Below, piece by piece: positions 8,292 through 22,331 of a DNA stretch of 64,000 nucleotides. How positions within the stretch are numbered: position 1 is the first letter of the stretch; each line of letters opens with the position of its first letter. The notes under the pieces are model-generated. The model was not told where the DNA came from, did no database searches, and was given only the letters and a program-made list of their open reading frames with translations. The position numbers and the translations under genes are program-made. This DNA is from an uncultured Clostridiaceae bacterium (GTDB lineage: Bacteria > Bacillota > Limnochordia > Darwinibacteriales > Darwinibacteriaceae): assembly GCA_964485345.1 (NCBI GenBank), contig CAZAJB010000003.1:12474-76473 (forward strand), read 5' to 3'.

Positions 8292-9728
8292 TTAATTCCC
8301 TAGCATGCCGCGGAGAAGTCTGTTCACTACTTCTGGTTCAGCCTTACCATGCGTAGCCCGCATCACCTGTCCCACAAAAAACCCCAGGAGTTTTGCTTCT
8401 CCGTTTTCCAGGCGACTCATAAGTTCCGGATGTGCCTCTAACACCTCTCGAATAATGGGCTGAAGCAGCTGCGGATCCTCCACGACTTCTAGACCGTCTT
8501 CCTTGACAATCTCCCGGGCTGACCGGCCAGAGGTAAACAAGCTGTTTAGGACCTCTTTCGCCTGGGTCAGATTAATCAGTCCTTCGTCAACGATGATCAA
8601 TAACTCACAGATACGTTCTGCACTTAGATGTCCCTTGTCCCTTGCCAAGCGAGCGTAATCGCCCATGAGAAAATTGACAATCTCTGTATACTCGAGGCCT
8701 CTACCTGCCAGTTCAAAGAAGAGCTCGCAGAAATCAGGGTAGTTGACGAGAAATGTCGCCTCGTAACGAGACAAATCATAGTCTGTTTCAAGACGCCTCA
8801 AGCGGCCGAGGGGCAGCTCTGGAACGGAGGCTTCAATCAGCCCAATCCAGACTGGGTCTAGGTTCAGGGGCGGCAAATCCGGTTCCGGGAAAATGCGGTA
8901 ATCGGGGGCATCGCCCTTGGAGCGCATCGACACCGTCTTCCCGGCCCGCTCATGCCAAGTCCTGCTCTCCTGTCGGATGGTCTCACCACGGCGTAATACC
9001 TTGGCTTGCCTCAACTCCTCATATTCTAGCGCACGCTCCAAAGCCCGAAAAGAGTTGAGGTTCTTGATCTCGACCTTGGTACCCAAGACATCGCTATCAC
9101 TTGATTTCAACGAAATATTGGCATCACAGCGCAGGGACCCTTCTTCCATTTTGGTGTCGGATACCCCGATATATCGCATCAGTAGCCTCAGCTGCTCGAG
9201 AAACAAGCGAGCCTGCCTAGGGTGGTGAATATCAGGGGCGGTTACGATCTCAATGAGGGGAATACCCGCCCGGTTATAGTCCACGAAGGAATACTCGGAG
9301 TCAACAATACTCTGATTGCTATGGATGAGTTTGCCCGCCTCTTCTTCTAAATGGATCCGTGTGATCTCTGTGCGCACAAGCTCTTCGTCAACGTAATAGT
9401 CCAAGAAACCCTTAGTGCAGAGAGGAAAAGCATCTTGCGTAATTTGATACGCTTTGGGCAGATCGGGATAGAAGTAGTTTTTCCGATCAAACCGGCTATA
9501 GTGGTTGATCTGGCAGCCTAGTGCTATGCCTGCCTTGGTCCCATACTCTACAGCCTTTTCGTTAACGAGGGGAAGGGCGCCAGGTAGCCCTAGGCAAACA
9601 GGGCAGCATTGGCTATTAGGGGGAGCCCCAAAGGACGCCTTGCAGCTGCAAAGAAATTTGCTTTCTGTCAGCAACGCTACATGGATTTCCAGACCGATAA
9701 CAGTATCATAGCTGGCCACTTGCGACAC
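8292..9728 (-). CDS. gatB: Asp/Glu-tRNA(Asn/Gln) amidotransferase subunit B
   Basis: 478 aa, [11 protein letters not shown] start, full-length GatB architecture. Overlaps the gatA stop, in a gatCAB operon. Confidence 0.95.
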   Translation of the reverse strand: MSQVASYDTVIGLEIHVALLTESKFLCSCKASFGAPPNSQCCPVCLGLPGALPLVNEKAVEYGTKAGIALGCQINHYSRFDRKNYFYPDLPKAYQITQDAFPLCTKGFLDYYVDEELVRTEITRIHLEEEAGKLIHSNQSIVDSEYSFVDYNRAGIPLIEIVTAPDIHHPRQARLFLEQLRLLMRYIGVSDTKMEEGSLRCDANISLKSSDSDVLGTKVEIKNLNSFRALERALEYEELRQAKVLRRGETIRQESRTWHERAGKTVSMRSKGDAPDYRIFPEPDLPPLNLDPVWIGLIEASVPELPLGRLRRLETDYDLSRYEATFLVNYPDFCELFFELAGRGLEYTEIVNFLMGDYARLARDKGHLSAERICELLIIVDEGLINLTQAKEVLNSLFTSGRSAREIVKEDGLEVVEDPQLLQPIIREVLEAHPELMSRLENGEAKLLGFFVGQVMRATHGKAEPEVVNRLLRGMLGN

Positions 9729-11123
9729 CCCTTTCTACCAAAGCACCCACTCCAAAAAGAAGCTCTTCTTGAAAATGACGACCCATAATCTGTATGCCCA
9801 ATGGTAATCCTCTGGAGTCCTTGCCACAGGGAACGCTTAAGGCCGGAATCCCACTGAGATTAGCCATAGCGGTGTACAGATCCGAGAGATACATCTCTAG
9901 GGGGTTCGGCTTAGCCCCAATTTGGAAGGCAGGAGTTGGTGTTGTGGGTGTCATAATCACATCGACGGTCTGGAAGGCAGCTAGTACATCCCGTTTGATC
10001 ATAGTCCGCACCCGCTGGGCTTGTTCGTAATAGGCCTCGTAATGACTGGCGCTTAGGACATAGGTCCCTAGCATGATGCGGCGCTTCACTTCTGACCCGA
10101 AGCCCGCGGCCCGACTCTTAGAGAACATAGTATTAGAGTCCTCGGCAGCTACCCGCTGGCCGTAGCGCACGCCATCATAACGGGCTAAACTCGAACTCGC
10201 TTCAGCTGTAACGAGGGTTAAATAGGTATCGATGGCATATTGATTTGTGGCCAATGAGATCGGTATCAAGACCGCTCCCCGTTCTGCCAAAACTCGTAGG
10301 CAGCGCCGGACAGCTTGCTCCACTTCTGGATCAAGGCCCTCGCCAAAAAACTCCTCAGGGACTCCGATGCGTAAACCGACAATAAACTGCTCATCCCAGC
10401 TGGGAACCTGAAAGGAACGTGCCTCTGCTGAGGACGCATCCCTCGGATCGGGGCCGGCCAGAAGCGAGAATAGGATTGCGGTATCTTCCACAGTAGGAGC
10501 CAAGGGCCCCACCTGATCGAGGGAGGGAGCCAAAGCGGTTATACCATAGCGGGAGACTGCACCATACGTTGGTTTAAGGCCCACCACACCGCAAAAGGAG
10601 GCCGGTTGCCGAATGGAGCCACCCGTGTCTGTCCCGAGTGACCAAGGGATCTCACCTGCTGCCACTGCGGCAGCGGATCCTCCGCTCGATCCCCCCGACA
10701 CCCGCTTAGGATCATGGGGATTGCACGTGACGCCGTAACTGGAATACTCCGTAGAGGATCCCATGGCAAATTCATCGAGGTTCGTCTTTCCGATGATAGG
10801 CATCCCCGCCTCTTTCAAATGACTCACAACAGTGGCATCAAAGAGGGGATGATAGTCCGCCAGAAACCGCGAAGCACAAGTGGTTCTAAGCCCCTCAGTG
10901 GAGATGTTATCCTTCACGGCAATAGGTATACCATCCCAGGGCGAAAGAGCATAGCCCCGGGCCCGGCGTTTGTCTGCTTCTTCAGCCTGTGCGAGTGCTC
11001 CTGCTTCATCGACTGTGATAAAGGCATTCACGACTGGCTCTTGCTTGGCAATTTCAGCCAAATAATGCCCTACGATCTCTTGACTCGTGGTCTGTCTAGT
11101 TTCTAATAAGTGGGCTAGTTTTC

Positions 11124-11127
<4 letters not shown>
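9706..11127 (-). CDS. gatA: Glu-tRNA(Gln) amidotransferase subunit A
   Basis: Amidase signature [12 protein letters not shown], 473 aa, between gatC and gatB. Confidence 0.95.
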
Positions 11128-13443
<2,316 letters not shown>

Positions 13444-15597
13444 CTAAATCTTCGTTATTGGAGCCAAATGGGCGATAACTGTCTTGATACCTTGATCTCG
13501 AAAAGCGATGCTGAGCTGCAAGTCTCCGCCCGACTCACTCACTGAAACCACCATACCATCACCCCAGATCTTGTGGCGGATTTTGTCGCCAACGTTGTAT
13601 GCCTTATTGGAGGGCGTCGCCTTCCTTCTACTTGCAGGAACAATGCCCCTTAGTCTCGGACCAGAACCGGGAAGTCCTTGATGCTCCAGATAAACTTGGT
13701 CAATCTCGCTCACAAAGGGAGATATGGGATTCAACTTCGTTGCACCAAAGAGCGTGCGTTGCCGGCTACAGGTCAAAAACAAGCGTTCCTCGGCTCGTGT
13801 CATACCCACATAGGCAAGACGTCTCTCTTCCTCGAGTTGCCCTTCTTCAAAGGCGGAGCGGGCATGGGGAAAAATCCCCTCTTCGAGACCGACAATAAAC
13901 ACAACTGGAAACTCCAAACCCTTGGACCCATGCAAGGTCATCATGTTCACTGCATCGGCCGAGGAATCATACGTATCCACTTCGTTAATCAGGGCCACAT
14001 GTTCTAAGAGAGCGCCAAGGTCAGTCGGGGAGACATCGCTTTCAAACTGTCCGGTTACGGACAAGAACTCTTGCAGGTTTTCGATGCGACCCATGGCTTC
14101 GAGATCGCCTTCAGATTCGAGCTCCCGCAGATATCCGCTCTGTTCTAGCACTGATTTTGCTAGCTCCGTCACGGTGAAGCTGCCAAGTTGCATACGCAAG
14201 CCCTCAATGAGCACTCGAAAGGCCTGGAGAGCGTTCTTGAATCGCGGACTGAGACCATCAACACCCTCAAGGAAAGAAAGGGTCGCAAAGAGACTAATCC
14301 CAAACTGCTCAGCGTAGCCGCTGAGTCTGCCGATGGTGGCATCGCCGAGGCCCCGTCTAGGCACATTCACAATCCTCAAGAAGGCCTGATCATTATCTGG
14401 GTTTTGCATCAAGCGGAGGTAGGCTAGGAGGTCTTTTATTTCCTTACGCTCATAAAAGCGCAACCCAGCAACAATACGATAGGGTATGCCCTTGCGCATG
14501 AATTCTTCCTCTAATACCCGCGAAAGGGCATGGGTACGATACAAGATTGTGAAATCCTTAAAAGGCCGAACCTCTTCGTCCCGCAGAGCTGCAATGCTCT
14601 CAGCTACGAAACGCGCTTCGTCTCGCTCACTTCCGCCCTGATGAAAGATAACAGGCTTCCCCTGGTCTCGGCTCGTCCATAGCGCTTTCTCCTTACGCTC
14701 CGTGTTATTCTGTATCACCGAGTTGGCTGCACCGAGAATGGTTTTGGTGGATCGATAGTTTTCTTCTAGTTTGACCACCTGCGCCCCGGGGAAGTCCTTT
14801 TCAAACTCCAAGATATTGCGGATATCTGCGCCACGGAAGGCGTAAATACTCTGATCCTCATCGCCCACAACACAGATATTGCCGCTCTCCTTGGCTAAAA
14901 GGCGAACAAGGACATACTGCGCCATATTCGTATCTTGATACTCGTCCACTAGAATATAGCGAAAGCGCTCTTGATACTTGCTGAGCACCACAGGGTGCTT
15001 CTGGAACATCTTGACGGTGGCCATGATTAGGTCATCGAAGTCCAAGGCATTACTCCTGAGCAGCTTCTCTTGGTATTTCGTGTACACTCTAGATACGGTT
15101 TGCTCCCAGAAATCGCCTCCCGCTGGAAGGTAGTCTTCCGGGGCGATCAGCTCATCTTTAGCCTGGCCAATACTGGCCAACAGTTGTTTGGGCCCCACCC
15201 GCTTTGGATCGAGTTGTAGCTCTTTGAGACAATCTTTAATCACCGCGAGTTGATCACTTTGATCGACTATCTGGAAATTCGGTGCATATCCGCTGTAACC
15301 CACTTCAATGCGGAGAATCCGCACACAAAGTGAATGGAAGGTGCCCATAAAGACTTCGGCACTACGGGCCCCAACGAGAGTCTCAACCCGTTCGCGCATT
15401 TCCTGAGCAGCTTTGTTGGTAAACGTGACTGCCGCAATGCGGTACGGAGGAACCTCATGGCCGTCAATGAGATGGGCAATGCGGGTTGTCAACACTCTGG
15501 TCTTGCCGCTACCTGCCCCGGCGATGACCAAAAGAGGGCCCCGAACGGTGGTCACCGCGAGCCTCTGATGGGGGTTCAAATTTTGCAGATAATCCAT
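13444..15597 (-). CDS. pcrA: ATP-dependent DNA helicase PcrA (UvrD/Rep family)
   Basis: 717 aa. Walker A AGAGSGKT, DEYQDTN, and pcrA-ligA synteny. Confidence 0.93.
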   Translation of the reverse strand: MDYLQNLNPHQRLAVTTVRGPLLVIAGAGSGKTRVLTTRIAHLIDGHEVPPYRIAAVTFTNKAAQEMRERVETLVGARSAEVFMGTFHSLCVRILRIEVGYSGYAPNFQIVDQSDQLAVIKDCLKELQLDPKRVGPKQLLASIGQAKDELIAPEDYLPAGGDFWEQTVSRVYTKYQEKLLRSNALDFDDLIMATVKMFQKHPVVLSKYQERFRYILVDEYQDTNMAQYVLVRLLAKESGNICVVGDEDQSIYAFRGADIRNILEFEKDFPGAQVVKLEENYRSTKTILGAANSVIQNNTERKEKALWTSRDQGKPVIFHQGGSERDEARFVAESIAALRDEEVRPFKDFTILYRTHALSRVLEEEFMRKGIPYRIVAGLRFYERKEIKDLLAYLRLMQNPDNDQAFLRIVNVPRRGLGDATIGRLSGYAEQFGISLFATLSFLEGVDGLSPRFKNALQAFRVLIEGLRMQLGSFTVTELAKSVLEQSGYLRELESEGDLEAMGRIENLQEFLSVTGQFESDVSPTDLGALLEHVALINEVDTYDSSADAVNMMTLHGSKGLEFPVVFIVGLEEGIFPHARSAFEEGQLEEERRLAYVGMTRAEERLFLTCSRQRTLFGATKLNPISPFVSEIDQVYLEHQGLPGSGPRLRGIVPASRRKATPSNKAYNVGDKIRHKIWGDGMVVSVSESGGDLQLSIAFRDQGIKTVIAHLAPITKI

Positions 15598-15877
15598 ACT
15601 CGTCTCCTTTGCGCAAATACGCTTGCCACCTTGCTTCTCTGGCTTCCAACGTTTCCTGCAGGTTCGCGGAAGCCCAGGAAAACATATAACTGATCATAGC
15701 GAGATACTTGAAGAAGGGGCGACTCATATTGCGTTATGTAGTTAGTATTACCAAGTATCATACTCCTGGCGCTCATCCTGAGCGGATGCCTCGCTGGGTT
15801 ACACCTTCTTCAAGTCCAGGCCTAACGCCTCCTAGAAATGTGCAAAAAAATCGCCTACAAGTGTCCCCCGACAATAG

Positions 15878-15921
15878 ATCAAAACACCTTTCTGCCTAGG
15901 ATGACTTCGGCAGAAAGGTGT
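15878..15921 (-). terminator. Rho-independent terminator after hisIE
   Basis: 13-bp perfect stem ACACCTTTCTGCC (15884-15896) / GGCAGAAAGGTGT (15909-15921), followed on the minus strand by TTTTGATCT. Sits 15 nt after the hisIE stop. Confidence 0.75.
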
Positions 15922-15935
15922 CTTCTATGTGTCGA

Positions 15936-16577
15936 TCAGTTCCCCGATAGGCTAGAGCGACCGAGTAATTCCTCCCAAATGGTTTCAAGACCGATCCTCC
16001 GGTACACCAAGAGAACGAGCAGATGGTATAGAAGATCACTTGCCTCGTATACGAGCTCCTCATCCCCGTCATTCTTGCCGGCAATCAGTACTTCTGCAGC
16101 TTCTTCACCTAGGGCCTTGAGAATCTTGTCTAGACCATTTTCCATCAAATAATTGGTGTAGGATCCTACCTTAGGCGAGCGCCTCCGATCCTCAATCGAA
16201 GCGTAAAGCCAAGAAAGTGCTTCACGGTGGGGCCTGAGATCCCTTTGTTCAGGACCATCGGACATAATCAGATTGTGGAAGCAACTGAAATTGTCAAGGT
16301 CCGTATCATCGTCGCAAGCGCCGTAGCCATGTTGATCCACCGTAATTAGGAGCGAATCTCGATCGCAATCCGCGGTAATGCGCCGCACCTTCTGCAGATT
16401 ACCAGATTTTTCGCCCTTTCGCCAGACTTCTCCCCGTTTGCGACTATAGAACCAAGTCTCGCCGGTCTGTAGCGTCTTGTTAAGCGCCTCCTCGTTCATA
16501 TAGGCCATCATTAACACGCTACCCTGGGTGTCTTGAATTATCGCTGGCACAAGACCATTTTCATCATACTTGATCAT
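15936..16577 (-). CDS. hisIE: Bifunctional phosphoribosyl-AMP cyclohydrolase / phosphoribosyl-ATP pyrophosphatase-like protein (atypical HisI loop)
   Basis: Start reassigned to MIKYDENGLVPAIIQD (ATG at 16577, RBS GGGGGG 7 nt upstream). HisI motifs: VLMMAYMN, WRKGEKSGN, DCDRD. HisE/MazG-like C-domain: GEEAAEVLIA...EASDLLYHLLVLL. The CH(T/K)GxxSCF loop is replaced by CDDDTDLDNFSCF. Confidence 0.8.
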   Translation of the reverse strand: MIKYDENGLVPAIIQDTQGSVLMMAYMNEEALNKTLQTGETWFYSRKRGEVWRKGEKSGNLQKVRRITADCDRDSLLITVDQHGYGACDDDTDLDNFSCFHNLIMSDGPEQRDLRPHREALSWLYASIEDRRRSPKVGSYTNYLMENGLDKILKALGEEAAEVLIAGKNDGDEELVYEASDLLYHLLVLLVYRRIGLETIWEELLGRSSLSGN

Positions 16578-16593
16578 GGCATATCCCCCCACT

Positions 16594-17820
16594 TTATTCC
16601 CATTCAATCGTAGCTGGTGGTTTAGAACTGATATCATAGACAACTCGATTGACGCCCCTGACTTCTTGCAACAAACGTTGGCTGATTGTGTCTAAAAGGT
16701 CATAGGGAACCCGAACCCAACTCGCGCTCATGGCATCTGTGCTTGTGACAAAGCGCAAGGCTACAACATATTCGTAGGTCCGTTGGCCCTCAAATACTCC
16801 CACAGTACGGGTGTCTGTCAGTACGACGAGTGCCTGCCAGATCTTGTCGTACCAGCCCGCTTTGCGGATCTCTTCCATGGCAATAGCATCAGCGTTTCTC
16901 AAGATCTGCAGCTTTTCCCTTGTAATCGCACCCACCAAGCGAATCGCAAGGCCTGGCCCTGGAAAGGGGTGTCTCCACAAGATTTCGCTTGGAATCTGCA
17001 GCAACTCACCAAGGGCCCGCACTTCGTCCTTAAAAAGCGAAGCCAAGGGTTCGACGAGCTCCAAGACAAAATCATCAGGTAAGCCGCCCACATTGTGGTG
17101 AGATTTGACAACCTTCCCTGCAGCCGTTCCACTTTCGATCACATCAGAGTAGACTGTTCCTTGTACTAAAAAGGCTGCATCCCCGATTTTCTCGGCTTCT
17201 TCTTCAAAAACCCGAATGAACTCTGTCCCTATAATTTTCCTCTTTTGCTCGGGATCCTCTATTCGCTGAAGTTTATCGATAAAACGATCCTGCGCGTCTA
17301 CGTGAATCAGAGGAATGCCAAACTCGCCTCTAAAGGTTTGGACGATCTGCTCAGTCTCACCAGCACGCATGAATCCATGGTCCACATATACGCAAGTGAG
17401 CTGGTCTCCTATGGCCTTGTGAACCAAGACCGCTACTACAGAGGAATCAACGCCTCCGCTGAGACCACAAATGACTCTTCCGCCACCCACTTGAGCCCGA
17501 ATTTTCTCTATCGCTTGCCCGAGAAAACTCTCCATGTTCCAGTCTCGGTTCTGGCCACAGACGTGATCTAAGAAGCTCGGGACGTCGCCGGAACGGCAAA
17601 CTGGAACGCCGCTTGTTTTAACCAGCTCAAGCGCCTCGTTGGGAATCGCACCGACAGGAATGATCCCCCACAGCTCGCCCGTGGCCAGCTCTCCGGCAAG
17701 GGAAGAGGCAGGAACAATCTCGCTGTAGACTCCTAACTTACGAACCTCTCTAGCCACATCTTGGACTGTACTAGAGCCGTAATCCACCACTAAAATGCGC
17801 TTCAAACTTGGGCCCCCCAT
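16594..17820 (-). CDS. guaA: GMP synthase, with intact ATP-pyrophosphatase and dimerisation domains and a truncated, degenerate N-terminal glutaminase domain
   Basis: 408 aa. PP-loop SGGVDSSV and the conserved C-terminal end PPATIEWE are present. The N-terminal region is only ~95 aa, keeps [24 protein letters not shown], and lacks the region carrying the His/Glu of the triad. Confidence 0.85.
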   Translation of the reverse strand: MGGPSLKRILVVDYGSSTVQDVAREVRKLGVYSEIVPASSLAGELATGELWGIIPVGAIPNEALELVKTSGVPVCRSGDVPSFLDHVCGQNRDWNMESFLGQAIEKIRAQVGGGRVICGLSGGVDSSVVAVLVHKAIGDQLTCVYVDHGFMRAGETEQIVQTFRGEFGIPLIHVDAQDRFIDKLQRIEDPEQKRKIIGTEFIRVFEEEAEKIGDAAFLVQGTVYSDVIESGTAAGKVVKSHHNVGGLPDDFVLELVEPLASLFKDEVRALGELLQIPSEILWRHPFPGPGLAIRLVGAITREKLQILRNADAIAMEEIRKAGWYDKIWQALVVLTDTRTVGVFEGQRTYEYVVALRFVTSTDAMSASWVRVPYDLLDTISQRLLQEVRGVNRVVYDISSKPPATIEWE

Positions 17821-17821
17821 C

Positions 17822-18379
17822 TTAGTCAGTTACTACACCGATATAAGGCAACTCTCGGAACTTGTGATTAAAGTCCAGGCCATAGCCAATCACAAACTCA
17901 TCTGGAATGGAAAAGCCCACATAATTAGGGACAAAGTTGATCTGCCGACGCTCGGGCTTGTCAAGCAAGACAGCAGTCTTTATACTAGTTGGTTTCCGCG
18001 AAAGAAGTAATTGTGATAAATATGACAATGTCAGACCCGAATCGATAATGTCCTCCACAACCAAGACATCGCGACCTTCAATAGCTGTATCAAGGTCTTT
18101 GACGAGCTGCACAACACCAGAACTTTTCGTGGACGCGCCATAACTTGATGTGGCCATAAAGTCCACTTCTAGTGGAATCTTTATCTCTCGAATTAGGTCA
18201 CTCATAAAGATCACGGCACCTTTTAGTATGCCTACGACAACCAGATCTTTACCCTCAAAATCCCGATTGATCACCTCGCCGAGCTCCCTAACACGTTCGG
18301 CTATATCGTCTGCACTCAGCATAACTCTAACCTGCAAACCAATACCACCTCCGCTTTTCGTAAATACTCTTTTCGCCAC
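17822..18379 (-). CDS. hpt: Hypoxanthine phosphoribosyltransferase
   Basis: PRPP motif [14 protein letters not shown] and a typical Hpt C-terminus [23 protein letters not shown]. The true start is probably internal (TTG at 18337 after GGAGGT, or ATG at 18322). Confidence 0.9.
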   Translation of the reverse strand: MAKRVFTKSGGGIGLQVRVMLSADDIAERVRELGEVINRDFEGKDLVVVGILKGAVIFMSDLIREIKIPLEVDFMATSSYGASTKSSGVVQLVKDLDTAIEGRDVLVVEDIIDSGLTLSYLSQLLLSRKPTSIKTAVLLDKPERRQINFVPNYVGFSIPDEFVIGYGLDFNHKFRELPYIGVVTD

Positions 18380-18414
18380 AGTCTCGGTATTCCCCTTGTA
18401 AATGCAGTGTTAAC

Positions 18415-18466
18415 TTAAAATGGGGCTGCTGCGAAATGAACAAAGCGTTCATTTCGCAACAGCCCC
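18415..18466 (-). terminator. Rho-independent terminator after groEL
   Basis: 20-bp stem GGGGCTGCTGCGAAATGAAC / GTTCATTTCGCAACAGCCCC (one mismatch), followed on the minus strand by ATTTTAAGTT. Confidence 0.75.
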
Positions 18467-18483
18467 TGCAAGTCTTAGACTTA

Positions 18484-20112
<1,629 letters not shown>

Positions 20113-20129
20113 TCACCTTCCTCGTTTGA

Positions 20130-20417
20130 TTATCCTACAATTGCCAGCAAGTCAGTTTCTTTGAGAATAAGTAGCTCTTCGCCTTCGTACTTTACTTCAG
20201 TTCCGGCATATTTGGCGAACAAAACGGTATCTCCTGCTTTGACGCCCATGGGCATCAATTTGCCATCTTCGCCGTAGCGGCCAGGTCCAACGGCCAAGAC
20301 TTTGCCCTGTTGCGGCTTTTCTTTGGCGGTGTCTGGTATGACGATACCACTTGCAGTTTTTTCTTCAGCTGCCAAGACTTTCAAGACTACGCGATCTCCT
20401 AAAGGTTTAATGTTCAA
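20130..20417 (-). CDS. groES: Co-chaperonin GroES
   Basis: 95 aa, [13 protein letters not shown]..., directly upstream of groEL. Confidence 0.97.
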   Translation of the reverse strand: MNIKPLGDRVVLKVLAAEEKTASGIVIPDTAKEKPQQGKVLAVGPGRYGEDGKLMPMGVKAGDTVLFAKYAGTEVKYEGEELLILKETDLLAIVG

Positions 20418-20446
20418 CTACGTGTACCCCCTTCAATATCCTCTTG

Positions 20447-20473
20447 TTAGCACTCATTCACGTTGAGTGCTAA
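20447..20473. promoter_or_regulatory. CIRCE operator (HrcA binding site)
   Basis: TTAGCACTC-ATTCACGTT-GAGTGCTAA is a perfect match to the CIRCE consensus TTAGCACTC-N9-GAGTGCTAA. It sits 30 nt upstream of the groES start. Confidence 0.95.
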
Positions 20474-20484
20474 GTCTATACCAT

Positions 20485-20513
20485 ATATTAATCAACCGCG
20501 CCAGTTTTTGCAA
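20485..20513 (-). promoter_or_regulatory. Putative sigma-A promoter of groESL
   Basis: Minus strand reads TTGCAA (20513-20508), a 17-nt spacer, then TAATAT (20490-20485), with CIRCE starting 11 nt downstream. This is the classic HrcA-controlled arrangement. Confidence 0.6.
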
Positions 20514-20589
20514 GTCTCCCCACTGCACAAAATTTGGCATAATCGGTTGATTTCAGTCTAAAAGTCATTATATCTTCTGAATGCTAGTG

Positions 20590-21291
20590 TTATCGCTCTA
20601 AACCTCCCCATCCCGTCTTTTGATCCCAGACAATAACGCCCTTGCTGGCATCTACTTCTAGGCAGAACTCAAGATCGTCGTGGAGCCCTAGTGCCTGAAG
20701 ACGCTTCCCGTGAGTACTTTCTACGAGTTGCTCCCGAGCTACTTCCCCATAAACTAGTAGTGCAGTCTTAGCCCCATCCCCAAGGTCAGCGGCCTTCAGG
20801 TAACTTAGGATTAAACCTGCACACCAAGTGTCTTCGAGGGAGTACTTCCCTTCGAGACCGGCTGGGAGGAAAATGACATCGCGACCTTCCTGGGCGGCAT
20901 ACTGCGCAACGGCCCCCGCAGAACGGAGCGATGCGAGGACCACGCGCTCGGCTCCCTTAGCTGCCTGGATTGCCCTAGTACCATTCGTCGTTGAACAGAC
21001 CAGTCTACCGCCATCATATGCCTTTCCTTGGTGCTCCAGTGGTGAGTTGCCAAAATCGAAACCCGGGATCGGCAAGGCTTGCCGTTCACCCGCCAAAAAA
21101 CAATCGGGATGATCCTTCTTTAAGGCCCAGGCTTCTTCGAGATCTGCTACGGGAAAAAACCGCTCCATACCTGCTTCTAGAGCGGTCAAAACGGTAGTCG
21201 TGAACCGAAAGACATCAATGACAATTGCAGTTTTCCCTGCCAGTTCGTGGCGGGCAAATTCTCCTGGGCTAATAATCACTTCCGAGTGCAT
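20590..21291 (-). CDS. 2-phosphosulfolactate phosphatase (ComB) family protein
   Basis: VIDVFRFTTTV and GERQALPIPGFDFGNSPLE match the ComB-family signatures. 233 aa. Confidence 0.7.
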   Translation of the reverse strand: MHSEVIISPGEFARHELAGKTAIVIDVFRFTTTVLTALEAGMERFFPVADLEEAWALKKDHPDCFLAGERQALPIPGFDFGNSPLEHQGKAYDGGRLVCSTTNGTRAIQAAKGAERVVLASLRSAGAVAQYAAQEGRDVIFLPAGLEGKYSLEDTWCAGLILSYLKAADLGDGAKTALLVYGEVAREQLVESTHGKRLQALGLHDDLEFCLEVDASKGVIVWDQKTGWGGLER

Positions 21292-21314
21292 AAAGTCCTC
21301 CTTAAACGTCGCCT

Positions 21315-22331
21315 CTAGTCGCCTAGGCGCAAGTTCGCGACAGCATTCAGTGAATAGTCACTACGCCTTCCTGCAACAAAACTGAAGTAACCAGCGCTAC
21401 CGATCATGGCTGCATTATCAGTACAAAGATGCGTAGGTGGATAAAGCAGTTCCATACCGAGTTCACTTGCTTTCTCTGCAACATGGTTTCTAAAGGTGGC
21501 GTTGGCGGCTACGCCTCCCGATAGCACGATCTGACGGACCTGATGCTGGCGGGCGGCGGCGATCAATTTTTGCGTTAAGACATCGATAATTGCCCACTGG
21601 AAGCTGGCAGTAAAATCCGGACGATGGATCTCTTCGCCCCTTTGTTTGGCTCCATTGAGGTGATTCAAAGCCGCAGTTTTCAGCCCACTAAAGGAAAAAT
21701 CGAAATTGTCCTTCTCCAGCAGACCTCTGGGAAATGAAATGGCCTCTTGATTGCCTCCTCGCGCCAGTTTTTCAATTTGGGGTCCCCCTGGATAGGGCAA
21801 ACCAAGCACACGAGCCACTTTGTCGAAGGCTTCACCCGCTGCATCATCTCTCGTACGCCCTAGAATGTCGTATTCCCCCAGGCGCGGGATCAAAAGGAGG
21901 TCTGTGTGACCCCCAGAGACTGTGAGACAGACAAGGGGAGGCTTAACCTTTTGTCCACTGAGGAAGTTGGCATAGATATGGCCTTCAATGTGATTGACGC
22001 CAACTAAGGGAATCCCCTTGGCGAAGGCGAGCGCCTTCGCTGCTGCCACGCCAACAAGGAGGCTTCCTACTAGACCTGGTCCATAGGCCACGGCAATCAC
22101 ATCAAGATCATCCAGAGTGATCTTGGCTTCTTCAAGGGCTTCGTGAATGACCGGGAAAATGGCCTCAATGTGATGACGCGAGGCAATCTCCGGAACCACT
22201 CCCCCATACTTCTGATGAATATCGATCTGGGATAGGACGATATTGGACAGAATCTCCCTGCCGTTTCGGATGACAGCGGCTGCTGTTTCGTCGCAACTCG
22301 TTTCAATTCCCAGCGTTAGTCCACTCTGCAC
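21315..22331 (-). CDS. tsaD: tRNA N6-adenosine threonylcarbamoyltransferase TsaD
   Basis: 338 aa, GIETSCDETAAAV, metal-binding HxxxH region (HIEGH), in a tsaE-tsaB-rimI-tsaD cluster. Confidence 0.95.
   Translation of the reverse strand: MQSGLTLGIETSCDETAAAVIRNGREILSNIVLSQIDIHQKYGGVVPEIASRHHIEAIFPVIHEALEEAKITLDDLDVIAVAYGPGLVGSLLVGVAAAKALAFAKGIPLVGVNHIEGHIYANFLSGQKVKPPLVCLTVSGGHTDLLLIPRLGEYDILGRTRDDAAGEAFDKVARVLGLPYPGGPQIEKLARGGNQEAISFPRGLLEKDNFDFSFSGLKTAALNHLNGAKQRGEEIHRPDFTASFQWAIIDVLTQKLIAAARQHQVRQIVLSGGVAANATFRNHVAEKASELGMELLYPPTHLCTDNAAMIGSAGYFSFVAGRRSDYSLNAVANLRLGD

Noticed and set aside
15509-15727. 72-aa ORF spanning the pcrA start region in the 340-bp gap between hisIE and pcrA
   Set aside because: It overlaps pcrA by ~90 nt in another frame and has no RBS or recognisable domain. 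The gap is more simply the hisIE terminator plus the pcrA promoter and leader.
20590-21291. ComB-family phosphatase as evidence of coenzyme M biosynthesis
   Set aside because: ComB homologues are widespread in bacteria that do not make coenzyme M, and no other com genes are nearby.
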